Positions 9,801 through 18,001 of a stretch of 25,633 nt of DNA are shown in pieces. Numbering within the stretch: the stretch's first letter is position 1; each line of letters begins with the position of its first letter. Source of the DNA: a virus (Duplodnaviria > Caudoviricetes); IMG/VR virus record IMGVR_UViG_3300037225_000485, positions 1 to 25,633 of that record; one strand, 5' to 3'. Made by a program: the position numbers and the translations under genes. A model generated the notes under the pieces. The model made no database searches, was not told where the DNA came from, and saw only the letters and a program-made list of their open reading frames with translations.

Positions 9801-10933
9801 ATTCTAGCGTATGCCTGATATCCATCACTAACATCGAATAGATTGTTGGAATTAATCCTTACAGCCCACTCAACACCTGACGTAAACCTAACCGCTACAA
9901 TTTCATATTCTGCCGCAATACCATTTCCATAATTGACACGCAGAATATCTCCTGGCTCTACATTTGTGAATTGAGAATCAAACACAAAATTCGTGTTATC
10001 TGGAGTAAAATTGATTACATCATCGCCATTGTTTATACTATCATTAGGAGCTAATTGGCTAGGTTCGGACAAATTGACTTGAACCGGCGTTAATGGAACA
10101 ACGTTTACCGTATATCCATCATTTGCAAGATCTTGAATACGAGCGGTTCTTGGGACACCATTTGCATTTAGCGTAGCACGATCTACACCGGCCGATAAAT
10201 CTTCTATATTATCAATATAGGTTATGGCTGCCTGCACATTAGTTGTTGTTCTTGGGATTTGTGTAAATCCAGAAGCGTCAACCGAAATAGCCGATGCCGG
10301 ATGTACCAATGCTATCGTGGCGTTTTCATGGCCAACTAATTCGTTGTTTATCTCAAGTAGTGCTTCGGCCACTTGTGTAGCTGAGCGAAGATGTCCGTTG
10401 ATATCTAACAAACCAGTCCATGAATAAGTGTCTCGCGAATCAACTGGAACAGCATTCAGGTCGATATGACTAGCAACATGTCTTGCTAAAGTAAGATGAT
10501 CCACAAGAAGTGCACCACCAGAAATGTGAGTTAGTAAGTTGGTATCCTCGTCCGCCAGATCGTTCTGAACCAATGTAAGTTGAGATTGAGCAGCCGTAAT
10601 AGCCGTATTCAAACTCGCGGTGGAGTAACTTAAAGCAAGCTTCGTTTCTTTGATGCCTGCGTTCGTGCCAACCTGATTATCGCTAATGGGAAGGGTTACC
10701 AAACCAACAGCTGCCAGGGCCGCTGCATTAGGACTGCCATCTGGCCCAATCAGAACTGAAATGCGATCGTCTACGCTAGACATCGAGCCTTGTGGGTTGA
10801 TACCAAGAGTTTTCTCTATTGCAAAGACGGCGTCTCGTAGTTGATTAATAGCCTGAGTACCAAGCTCAGAGAGATTGTCATCAATTCGAATGATCGTTCT
10901 ATCATTATCTATAGCTGCAGGATAATTTATCAT
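6833..10933 (-). CDS. Large virion structural protein (baseplate / tail fibre-like)
   Basis: 1366 aa. It has an N-terminal YPAAID...INQLRDAVFAIEKTLG coiled segment, fibre motifs HVASHI and HPASAISV...NVQAAI, and a beta-rich body with a Gly/Thr-rich distal region. Confidence 0.65.
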   Translation of the reverse strand: MINYPAAIDNDRTIIRIDDNLSELGTQAINQLRDAVFAIEKTLGINPQGSMSSVDDRISVLIGPDGSPNAAALAAVGLVTLPISDNQVGTNAGIKETKLALSYSTASLNTAITAAQSQLTLVQNDLADEDTNLLTHISGGALLVDHLTLARHVASHIDLNAVPVDSRDTYSWTGLLDINGHLRSATQVAEALLEINNELVGHENATIALVHPASAISVDASGFTQIPRTTTNVQAAITYIDNIEDLSAGVDRATLNANGVPRTARIQDLANDGYTVNVVPLTPVQVNLSEPSQLAPNDSINNGDDVINFTPDNTNFVFDSQFTNVEPGDILRVNYGNGIAAEYEIVAVRFTSGVEWAVRINSNNLFDVSDGYQAYARIDRPNFDRDTWGVYAAAGVVPGITQSSINSIILGSPRGAVAVGIGFDPNKIDANHYNLYLRLYPSGNSGVFFDLPAIDVSGNHGATPGYYNLDIIVEATNKKFRAIGYNYRLIAFNQQGEFGLMLADDYNGVSFSIISGQINTSTGNLEQGSYILNVVGDATDQYDALGLGSYRSGFATPVMSRAGIAVPYPSSIVAANYSTLIISPVGNRNAVVNGDRRDALAKPRFTEGNGYWPAAITNITNDVPDNTQKVTYSISLDLATENIAPGKTIVVQPTDPTSTDIQNYGRFIIDSVSFSCTGSGQTNITVFNSIHATASPTPLSLGTQVNIYLSDDSVMFNLGNMLGADGSDDPSDYHHYHEVFVNDIGKSVAVERARMPQSNTGSISSLVGVGNIGLLSGWRIRRVSPKLKGYRSINPAVPAGATDFRHYIWLKIQNYNATTGEFDIFMYNMDFSSSGQIARGKKNHPVRVYDETFVNFIDIEFREESSAPGTTIPTGYVAIELFPSLSENDEYFAVAGVSHNGKNFGSITDLREFGTLSEDNFTDSAIKFIQAGERYLHANGIVRGFASQGFGINNYQLKFTGGLALVNGAFVPMDAMSVNIPVLAAATSTVEHFICVTETGQLRAVLKNTGAQFFDATHLNFVESLTFQEIVDSRKDLVIIAKAIVTISSASVVVTDARRFVVNQDLGSYTYDISGSSNVNFESTESWNNWISEYAGFISPDFTTGFYNLFCNGTAQVNGFFHAINDATIDGGTSGTHKNLYIGQFVDTEIAGACQFSGGSFAVDGPATFNSAAVLFNGGNSGTHGTVTLGSHTDMLINGFFASQVNTVIGASGISPGSMTVWATGTFNGTQTFDGVTINNASETHKGTVTITGSGQFINASPTIQAGVFAQTHMHFTASGSIPPTVRYVTADITSGFVKLDDTGMIAGVVISIINQHNTTLEIKNPDESRNCLIDADPGAGATRPWVDMMWDGSEFIALRWAGTLN

Positions 10934-10943
10934 AGCTTCTCAA

Positions 10944-12671
10944 TTATGTTCTAATGAACTCAAAATCTCCCCAATTCTTATTACCGCTATACATTTGAGT
11001 AATAATAGCACTCCCAGTGGTAGATGCCCAAACCTGAACGCTAAACGTGCCGGGAGATGATAGAGCTTGCCAGTAAATTGGTAAAGTTACAAAGGAAAGG
11101 GTCGTTGATAATACTTGAATAGTAAAGTGTGCAACATTAACTGCGTCCTCATAAATTCTAACATCTAAGAACATAGACCCTGATGTTACATCGATTTTGA
11201 AATATACATTTCCTCTGATAACATCACCAGCCTCTACCAGCCCAACCCAACCATGAGCCACGTTTTGACTACCACCATCTGTTATTTCTGATAGGGTATT
11301 TGTTACGGCGTAGTTAATTGTATTGGTTTGAGTTGCAAGGGTTGGTGAAAAGACTAAGGTTCTAACACCCAATGCATGTGGAACCAAATCTGCGCCCTTT
11401 GCATAAAGCTCACCACCGCTTACATATAAATAAACACCAGATGGTGACGGAGCCACTACCGGAACATTTGAACTTTCTGTTATAAGGAGTGCCCCTCCAA
11501 AGAAATTAATGTTTGAAAAGCGTGAAGCTATATTTACATAACCATCATTATGAGTAGCATCGACACAAACACCAGCAGCCAAACTCAAATCGCCACCAGT
11601 TCCAGAATCACTATGTTGCGATTGAACGACTAATGTTTGACCAGGAGCCGCCGGTGTAACGATAGTATCTTGCGTTATTGTCGGAGATACAACACTAGGC
11701 TCAAATACTATGTTTGAAATTATTTCTCCGGCGAAAGATATTCCACCAGGAGAACTATAAAGATAAATATTTCCAGCCGTATTGTTATTTGGATTATACC
11801 CCGGAAGCAAATACAAATTACCAGGTGTTCCAGCTAAGTTCGCACCTCCAGACGTAATGTTTTGGGCTATGATGTACATATCAGTAGCAACAGGAACATC
11901 ATTCTCATGTTGCACAATTGACGCTGAATAATCTTTATCAAAATACAAACCCGAAGACATTACATTTACAATTCCTGGGGATGTGTATAGGTTGATGTTG
12001 CCTGCCTGTCCAATGCCATTTGCTCCAGATTGAAGCCATAAATTGCTTGGCGCTCCAGAGCTTGTATTGGCTTGAGGAATAATAAAGAAATCACTAACGG
12101 CGGCAGCTGGGTTTTGAGTTATCGTTGGCGAATCTACGCTTGCATCAAAAACTAAAATTGGAGTAACCAAACCAATGGCTCCATCATACTTTCCAGAAAA
12201 CCAATTGTACCCACTGGATAGATATAAGTCTCCGCCAGGGCCACCGAGATTGTCCTGTCCACTAACTAAAAGACCTTGCCCTTTAGTGGCGCTTGAAGAA
12301 TGTGCCGGACTGATTATATTATGGTAAATATACCCACTACCAAAATCAGGAAAAATCAAATCACCATAGGAACTTAGCGCGGTTGGATAAAATGACTCTC
12401 CAATCACCTTGCCAGTTGAGTCGGTGAATGTTGCAATAGCGCCGGTTACAGATGCAAATGGATTGATAACCATTTCTGAAAGAACAGAAATGGAAGCCAT
12501 AATGGCATCAAGCTCGGCCTGGACATTTCCATAGCCATCAGTCACAGAGATATTGCTGGCTGGATGAATCCAATCCCCACCAGTCACATGGGCTGTAAAG
12601 TCCTGCTTTGCCGTAGCGGAGTACCCAGCTTGGCGCGTTCGGTTAGATCCGATGTATCTGCTCCTTACCAT
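10944..12671 (-). CDS. Putative tail fibre protein with four internal repeats
   Basis: 575 aa with N-terminal HPASNISV...NVQAEL, four degenerate repeats (Q...G[DN]LxLxxG...G.I.L), and a C-terminal beta-sandwich-like domain. Confidence 0.6.
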   Translation of the reverse strand: MVRSRYIGSNRTRQAGYSATAKQDFTAHVTGGDWIHPASNISVTDGYGNVQAELDAIMASISVLSEMVINPFASVTGAIATFTDSTGKVIGESFYPTALSSYGDLIFPDFGSGYIYHNIISPAHSSSATKGQGLLVSGQDNLGGPGGDLYLSSGYNWFSGKYDGAIGLVTPILVFDASVDSPTITQNPAAAVSDFFIIPQANTSSGAPSNLWLQSGANGIGQAGNINLYTSPGIVNVMSSGLYFDKDYSASIVQHENDVPVATDMYIIAQNITSGGANLAGTPGNLYLLPGYNPNNNTAGNIYLYSSPGGISFAGEIISNIVFEPSVVSPTITQDTIVTPAAPGQTLVVQSQHSDSGTGGDLSLAAGVCVDATHNDGYVNIASRFSNINFFGGALLITESSNVPVVAPSPSGVYLYVSGGELYAKGADLVPHALGVRTLVFSPTLATQTNTINYAVTNTLSEITDGGSQNVAHGWVGLVEAGDVIRGNVYFKIDVTSGSMFLDVRIYEDAVNVAHFTIQVLSTTLSFVTLPIYWQALSSPGTFSVQVWASTTGSAIITQMYSGNKNWGDFEFIRT

Positions 12672-12677
12672 ACTCTA

Positions 12678-12689
12678 ATGCCCCAATAT
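12678..12689 (-). promoter_or_regulatory. Putative late promoter motif B
   Basis: ATA-ttggg-GCAT followed by exactly 6 nt and then ATG; no SD. Confidence 0.55.
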
Positions 12690-12696
12690 TGCCCTT

Positions 12697-14745
12697 CTAT
12701 TTATTTGAACAAATAGATGGAAGTATTTTGTGGGTATGGCCCAAAACAACAGAAACCTCTCCCGAGATTACCGGATGATTGTGCCCCTGATCAACACTGG
12801 TAAGTTGATTGATTTGATGTACATGGTTTATTTTATCTAACGGCAGGACAATTCTGTGCATGTGTGCCGGCAATCCACCTGGGCCCATCACCATTCCAAT
12901 GGAAGTAAGAATCTCAGATGGAAGCGTACTAGTATCACGAATCGAACGAACTTGACAAATAGGATCTGTCTTGCGTACACGTATTGCGGTGAACTTTTGA
13001 GCACCAGATTCAAAAAGCATAGTTCTATTTCGATCTACATCAATGATTTCGTAACGCCACTCCTCAGTTCCATCTTGATTGAATCTGATTATAAAATCAC
13101 CATCCTTAATTGTTGGCGTTACCAATGTCCAGCAATTGGCAATGTAAGAATTCTCAATGCCAACATCTTCTCGTTTGAAATCTTCCTTGGTTGGCCCAAA
13201 GCGAACCAAAATCTTACCATCGCTTTCACGGGGATTGAAGTATTGTTCATATCCAGTTACCAAAGAGGTTCCATAAGTATCTGTTCCACGATAAGTTGTA
13301 TTTTCGCGGGTGGCGCTAGTATGCCGCGATTGCTTTCCAGCCCACATGCGCCTGAACAAAACCACTCGCTCTCCAGTAACCTGAAGCAAATACTCCTCTC
13401 TCATGTCCATGTGCTCTTGAACACTAAGCCCGCGCACAGCCCCATCGCACTCCGAGCCATCAGAACAACCATATTCTCCGCCAAAATATGATCCTACGCA
13501 CTTTCCAGATAACCAATCAGGTAAAAATGTACGATCCCAGCCCGCTTGATCATAAGCCGGAAACCCTGCGTTTGCTACGTCCACAACATTGAGATTGCTC
13601 GTCCCAGATAAGATGTCTGTACGCTCCCTAAAACCATCCTTATTGGTCCTGGCATATTGCTCATCAAACCTGATGGTAACCATGCCAATGGCCGTATTGA
13701 TGTCCTGCCAACCTTCCCAAAGACGTACAAATGGATGATGTCGATGATGCCCGTCATACCCATCAACAGTATGCGGACGAGCCCCGCCTGGGCCCCCATT
13801 GACCACGTATCCATCTAGTTGGACCAAGAAGTAGTCTCCTCGCTTGAATGGAACTGTACCGTTTTGGATTGCGAAACTAAAGATTCCGTTGGAAACAATA
13901 ACCCCATCTGGATTCCACATAACAGGATCCCCATATCCATCCAAAGCAGATCCGGTTAAAGAACCAATAGCCGCAAATTTAGCGTAGCCATCATTTTCAG
14001 AACCATCAAGTGAACAGAAAATCTTCCAGGTTTGAGGTATCGAATTTGGATCTATTACACTAAGATTTGAAATATATCCATTACCAACATTATTTCCAAT
14101 AGTATAGCCATCAGAAATTACTGCTATGGTGGTTAGAATGTCATCCGATAAATAACCTCGCTGCAAACCAGATAGATTTGGAAAAACCAAATATTCTGGA
14201 TGATGACAATGTTCCTTTGGCTTTAGAGTTCCAACATCAACATGTGAGTACAATATCAATTCGTCGCCAATCTTAACGATTCCGGTTGGCGGAAAGCCAG
14301 CAACGTCATCCAAGTACATGACATTATCAGTTGCCGTCATATCCTGAACCAATACGGCCTCTGGAGCAATTTTTGATCCTGGATCGCCGTCTAATAACTG
14401 ATCGTACTGAAGCGTCCCAGATTCATATGCAGCTCCCTTTACCGCAAAATAATAGGTTCTTCCTGGATTGAATGCGCCAAAAATATCAAGTGACAAAAAT
14501 TGATCTTTAGTATTTGGCCTAACTATTAACTTTACACCTTCATCATAAACCTTGGCATGATTTGTAGACCAATATATATTGTAAAACAGATCCCAATTAG
14601 CGGTATTGCCACCAGGCCTTGGCTGAATATATTCTTTGTACCATTGAAGCGCAACGGTATAGCCGTCTCCAGCGCAGACCACGGTACGAACGCCATGAAG
14701 GGATGCGTCAAATGTACGTAGAAATACTGGAGGATTGCATGCCAT
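12697..14745 (-). CDS. Putative neck / head-closure protein with added N-terminal domains and a C-terminal HxH-repeat domain
   Basis: 682 aa. The C-terminal half (LLQVTGERVVLFRR...WTLVTPTIKDGDFII...RYEIIDVDR) is reminiscent of head-closure proteins. It has an Fn3-like N-terminus (PGRTYYFAVK), an internal domain shared with the sheath, and four HxH motifs at the end. Confidence 0.55.
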   Translation of the reverse strand: MACNPPVFLRTFDASLHGVRTVVCAGDGYTVALQWYKEYIQPRPGGNTANWDLFYNIYWSTNHAKVYDEGVKLIVRPNTKDQFLSLDIFGAFNPGRTYYFAVKGAAYESGTLQYDQLLDGDPGSKIAPEAVLVQDMTATDNVMYLDDVAGFPPTGIVKIGDELILYSHVDVGTLKPKEHCHHPEYLVFPNLSGLQRGYLSDDILTTIAVISDGYTIGNNVGNGYISNLSVIDPNSIPQTWKIFCSLDGSENDGYAKFAAIGSLTGSALDGYGDPVMWNPDGVIVSNGIFSFAIQNGTVPFKRGDYFLVQLDGYVVNGGPGGARPHTVDGYDGHHRHHPFVRLWEGWQDINTAIGMVTIRFDEQYARTNKDGFRERTDILSGTSNLNVVDVANAGFPAYDQAGWDRTFLPDWLSGKCVGSYFGGEYGCSDGSECDGAVRGLSVQEHMDMREEYLLQVTGERVVLFRRMWAGKQSRHTSATRENTTYRGTDTYGTSLVTGYEQYFNPRESDGKILVRFGPTKEDFKREDVGIENSYIANCWTLVTPTIKDGDFIIRFNQDGTEEWRYEIIDVDRNRTMLFESGAQKFTAIRVRKTDPICQVRSIRDTSTLPSEILTSIGMVMGPGGLPAHMHRIVLPLDKINHVHQINQLTSVDQGHNHPVISGEVSVVLGHTHKILPSICSNK

Positions 14746-14751
14746 AATTAC

Positions 14752-14763
14752 ATGCTGGATTAT
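14752..14763 (-). promoter_or_regulatory. Putative late promoter motif B
   Basis: ATA-atcca-GCAT followed by exactly 6 nt and then ATG; no SD. Confidence 0.55.
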
Positions 14764-15323
14764 CCTACAATGTTAATGTCAACCTTGAATAAGCTCGCTA
14801 ATTCAAGCAATTTTTCACGCCGCTTATCTCTTTTTTTATCATCAGCATTGTCGTGAGTGTGATGATCCAGCACTTGTTCTACATACTCCTCTGCTTCATC
14901 ATCGCCCTGCGTATCAGAAATGTACTTGGTCTGGTTACGGAATCCCTCTTGCTCAGTAGGGTTGTCTAGATAATTGTCGTCAGTAGATCCTGGAGTTGCT
15001 TTGTTTCCGGTAGTTTGTTGCCCAAAGTGCGTAAACTCATGAGGGATGTAATGATCATTATTCTCAATCGATCCATCAATCAAGTTGCCATTTTCATCAA
15101 TAAACAAATCAACATTTACATATATGACGCCATGATCTGTTCTAGCGGATACGGGGATCTTGGCAAAGCATATTGGAACCAAAGGAAGTTCTTCCTCACC
15201 GATATCATACTCTTTGCATATATCTTTTACGACATCGCTATCAAAAACTCGCTTCTTGATTCTGTCAAGAATTGGCGCAAGTTTTTTGTGAGGGATTCCC
15301 CTGGTGGTAATCTCATCAACCAT
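14760..15323 (-). CDS. HEXXH zinc metallopeptidase-like protein
   Basis: HEFTH motif followed by YLDNPTEQEGF. The probable start is ATG 15323, overlapping the upstream gene end (the ORF track starts at TTG 15350). Confidence 0.6.
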   Translation of the reverse strand: MVDEITTRGIPHKKLAPILDRIKKRVFDSDVVKDICKEYDIGEEELPLVPICFAKIPVSARTDHGVIYVNVDLFIDENGNLIDGSIENNDHYIPHEFTHFGQQTTGNKATPGSTDDNYLDNPTEQEGFRNQTKYISDTQGDDEAEEYVEQVLDHHTHDNADDKKRDKRREKLLELASLFKVDINIVG

Positions 15324-16164
15324 AAACCACCACATAATTTGCTTTTGCAATCATCATTTGGTTAACAATATCAAATTTTTTCACATTCCTACTTATGTGA
15401 GTTTTAGAATATCCAATATCTTTTGCTATCTTATTTTGACTTCCAAACTCTAACATCTTATTAATTAGAAGTTCTGGTGTAATTTTTATTCGTGTATTTA
15501 TAGCAATATTAATATTACTAACCAAATCAAATTTTCTCTGTAAAAATACCGTTGCGTTTTTATATAAAAAATCTCTAATTTTTACAGAATTACCGTTGCC
15601 CCCATACGAAAGTTTGCTAGCTCCTGGAACAGAACAAATTGCTGTCAATGACAAATTGCATTTTTGCAACAGTATAGATTGATATGTCTTCAAAAACTGT
15701 ATCGTACCAAGAACGGCAAATTTTAATTGTGGGGTTTTCCTAGATGTCATAAAAGACCAGCACCCATCTCCATCAAAATAACCTCTCATGAAATGATGAC
15801 ACAATTCATGATTAACCAGCCAATCAGGGAAAGTATATATTTTGGTTTTTCTTGGTGTAATATTAAATCTATATAAATCACCTAAAAAACGCATTGAATA
15901 CAAAGAAATTTGAGCCTTAGCGCTATCTTTAAACCCAGCCCTACAATCTCTTTGTATGCGCTCTATAATAGGATGATTAGCACCAATATCATGTTTAAAT
16001 TTCTCAATGTGATATTTGTCTTTTTGTGCAAGACAAACAGATAGCTCATATGTATTTCCTCTTTTCCTCAAGCAACCATCAGCGGCAATAAATCCTGCCC
16101 AATAAAACACCTGTTCAGAATCACTTAAGAAAAAGCTCTTATTAAAAGAATATTTTTTGGGCAT
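15316..16164 (-). CDS. Free-standing LAGLIDADG endonuclease (two motifs) with C-terminal HTH
   Basis: Motifs FYWAGFIAADG and HFMRGYFDGDG; HTH SQNKIAKDIGYSKTHISR; AT-rich. Confidence 0.85.
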   Translation of the reverse strand: MPKKYSFNKSFFLSDSEQVFYWAGFIAADGCLRKRGNTYELSVCLAQKDKYHIEKFKHDIGANHPIIERIQRDCRAGFKDSAKAQISLYSMRFLGDLYRFNITPRKTKIYTFPDWLVNHELCHHFMRGYFDGDGCWSFMTSRKTPQLKFAVLGTIQFLKTYQSILLQKCNLSLTAICSVPGASKLSYGGNGNSVKIRDFLYKNATVFLQRKFDLVSNINIAINTRIKITPELLINKMLEFGSQNKIAKDIGYSKTHISRNVKKFDIVNQMMIAKANYVVVYG

Positions 16165-16170
16165 AATAAA

Positions 16171-16182
16171 GTGCTAAAATAT
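16171..16182 (-). promoter_or_regulatory. Putative late promoter motif B
   Basis: ATA-tttta-GCAC followed by exactly 6 nt and then ATG; no SD. Confidence 0.5.
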
Positions 16183-16189
16183 GCAGGGA

Positions 16190-16597
16190 TTATTCCCGAA
16201 CGAAATCTGCGTAGAAACTGTCACTCCCCTTCAGATTACTTACCTGAGAATCCCAGTTATTCCATAATTCACGTGCCAGAGTAATGACCTCGTGAATATT
16301 AGAAATGCCAGGAATGTAACTAATACCATTATCATTTATTGCGGGCTCTGGGATCTTATTTGCAAGATCCGCAGCTTTCTTGGTGAGCAATACATAAGAG
16401 GCATAAGTTACCAAGAGATCTAAAATCTGGGCTATGTTCTCTTCGTCATCATCGAACGAAAAATATGTTACTGCTGGCACCATATTGAATGCACTCAACG
16501 CTAATTGCAGTGCAAGCCTTACGTTGGTAGCATCAGAATCAACATCCAGCCCAATACGAAACTTAACTACTTCGACAAGATTATCTAAAACGGACAT
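16190..16597 (-). CDS. Stand-alone paralogue of the head-tail adaptor helical domain
   Basis: 135 aa with SD GGAGG. It aligns by eye to the C-terminal half of 18002..18898 (FNMVPAVTYFSFDD vs FNELPVFTMFTWDD; AINDNGISYIP vs TINDNGIGFTP). Confidence 0.7.
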   Translation of the reverse strand: MSVLDNLVEVVKFRIGLDVDSDATNVRLALQLALSAFNMVPAVTYFSFDDDEENIAQILDLLVTYASYVLLTKKAADLANKIPEPAINDNGISYIPGISNIHEVITLARELWNNWDSQVSNLKGSDSFYADFVRE

Positions 16598-16620
16598 ACG
16601 AACCTCCGAGGGTTCATATA

Positions 16621-16908
16621 TCAGCTGGGCGGCGAAGGTGGCGGTTGAGGGACATCCAAAGCATTAACAATGGGCATCAGTTTCTGCGGCAAAGTACCCT
16701 TGAGTAGTAACGAACAGCCCTGGATACAAAGCCAAGGATCCAGTGGAAGGAAACCTCGAACTATCTTGAGGAATCCTCCCATCTTTGGGTGCTTAATAAC
16801 CCAACTATCTAATTGGCTGCGGTGTCCCAATAATAAGTTGCAAATGTATAGCGCAATAACGGCAATCCAAACATAATGAGCTGTGACAAAAACAATTATA
16901 GGATGCAT
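16621..16908 (-). CDS. Small membrane protein (possibly holin-like)
   Basis: About 95 aa from ATG 16908 (GCAT-N6-ATG context; the ORF track starts at TTG 16938). It has a hydrophobic N-terminal segment and a Pro-rich C-terminus. Confidence 0.5.
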   Translation of the reverse strand: MHPIIVFVTAHYVWIAVIALYICNLLLGHRSQLDSWVIKHPKMGGFLKIVRGFLPLDPWLCIQGCSLLLKGTLPQKLMPIVNALDVPQPPPSPPS

Positions 16909-16934
16909 GTAAATATGCAGATAGTTTAGTAGAA

Positions 16935-17921
16935 TCAAGCTGCCTGTAAATACAAGCGTTTTGCTTCCTTTATTTGCTCCCGAATTCCAAATTGAGAAAT
17001 ATAGCGAGAAATACTTGGCTTAGAACACCCCAATTCCGCAGCAATTTTCTTCTGATCGCCAAGTTCACGCATCTTTTGAATTAGAAACTCTGGTGTCACC
17101 GACAGCCTTTCCACCACTACCACATCCTTTACCTTATCAAATTTCCTTTGCATAAATGTCACGGCATCTCGATACAGGAAATCTCGTATCTTGGACGCCA
17201 CACCATTGCCGCCATACTCAAGAACACCAATACCGCTATTGATGCGAATGTCCTTGCTTCGTTCTGGCAAGCCACATTTATCTTCAAGAATCGAGCGATA
17301 TACCGTTAGGAACTCCGAAGTGCCTCTAAGTGCAAAGAATAGCTGATCAGTCTTCTTAGAAGGCCCCACAAACCATGATCCATCTCCATCAAAATAGCCA
17401 CGCATGAAATGATGGCACAATGGATGATTAATCAACCATTCTGGAAATGTATAGATAAGAGATTTACGCGGAACAATATTAAATCTAGATAAATCTCCTG
17501 GTAAATGTTTAGATAATAAATTTATCTCTGCTTTTTTAGAGTCATTCCATTTTGGGTTTCTTTTGTTATTTTTTACTAATGTTTCATGAATTGGATGCGT
17601 TGCATTAATATCACATTTAAACTTTTCAATATGATTTATATCATTAACAGATAAGGCGACACCCAACACATCACTGTTTCCTTGTTTTTTCAAACACCCA
17701 TCTGCTGCGATAAACCCAACCCAATAAAACACTTTTTCAGAATCTTCTGAAAAGAAACGCTCATCAAATGAATATCTAATAGGCGCATCAATTGCGATCC
17801 CGTTTCTTTGCATTACACACCGAACACCCTCGCCTGTGCAGCCAAGTTCTCGCGCCACAGCTTTAACCGAATGATACTTATGATACAACACTGCTACTTT
17901 CTTAGGATCTATCTTACTCAT
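16935..17921 (-). CDS. Free-standing LAGLIDADG endonuclease with N- and C-terminal HTH
   Basis: Motifs FYWVGFIAADG and HFMRGYFDGDG; HTHs SVKAVARELGC and QKKIAAELGCSKPSISR. SD AGGAGG precedes ATG 17921. Confidence 0.85.
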   Translation of the reverse strand: MSKIDPKKVAVLYHKYHSVKAVARELGCTGEGVRCVMQRNGIAIDAPIRYSFDERFFSEDSEKVFYWVGFIAADGCLKKQGNSDVLGVALSVNDINHIEKFKCDINATHPIHETLVKNNKRNPKWNDSKKAEINLLSKHLPGDLSRFNIVPRKSLIYTFPEWLINHPLCHHFMRGYFDGDGSWFVGPSKKTDQLFFALRGTSEFLTVYRSILEDKCGLPERSKDIRINSGIGVLEYGGNGVASKIRDFLYRDAVTFMQRKFDKVKDVVVVERLSVTPEFLIQKMRELGDQKKIAAELGCSKPSISRYISQFGIREQIKEAKRLYLQAA

Positions 17922-18001
17922 ACAACCTCCTATTTTTGTATATATCCACAAGTTAGGAGACTGCGCTGTTTTGGTTGAAAATCTGTAAGTACTTGATATT
18001 A

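Noticed and set aside
12856-13491. 211-aa plus-strand ORF and the many other short plus-strand ORFs
   Set aside because: They are antisense shadows of well-supported minus-strand genes, with no SD, promoter or recognisable motifs.
15316-17921. Group I introns or inteins housing the LAGLIDADG ORFs
   Set aside because: Flanking genes appear complete, intergenic gaps are too short for an intron core, and there are no intein terminal motifs.
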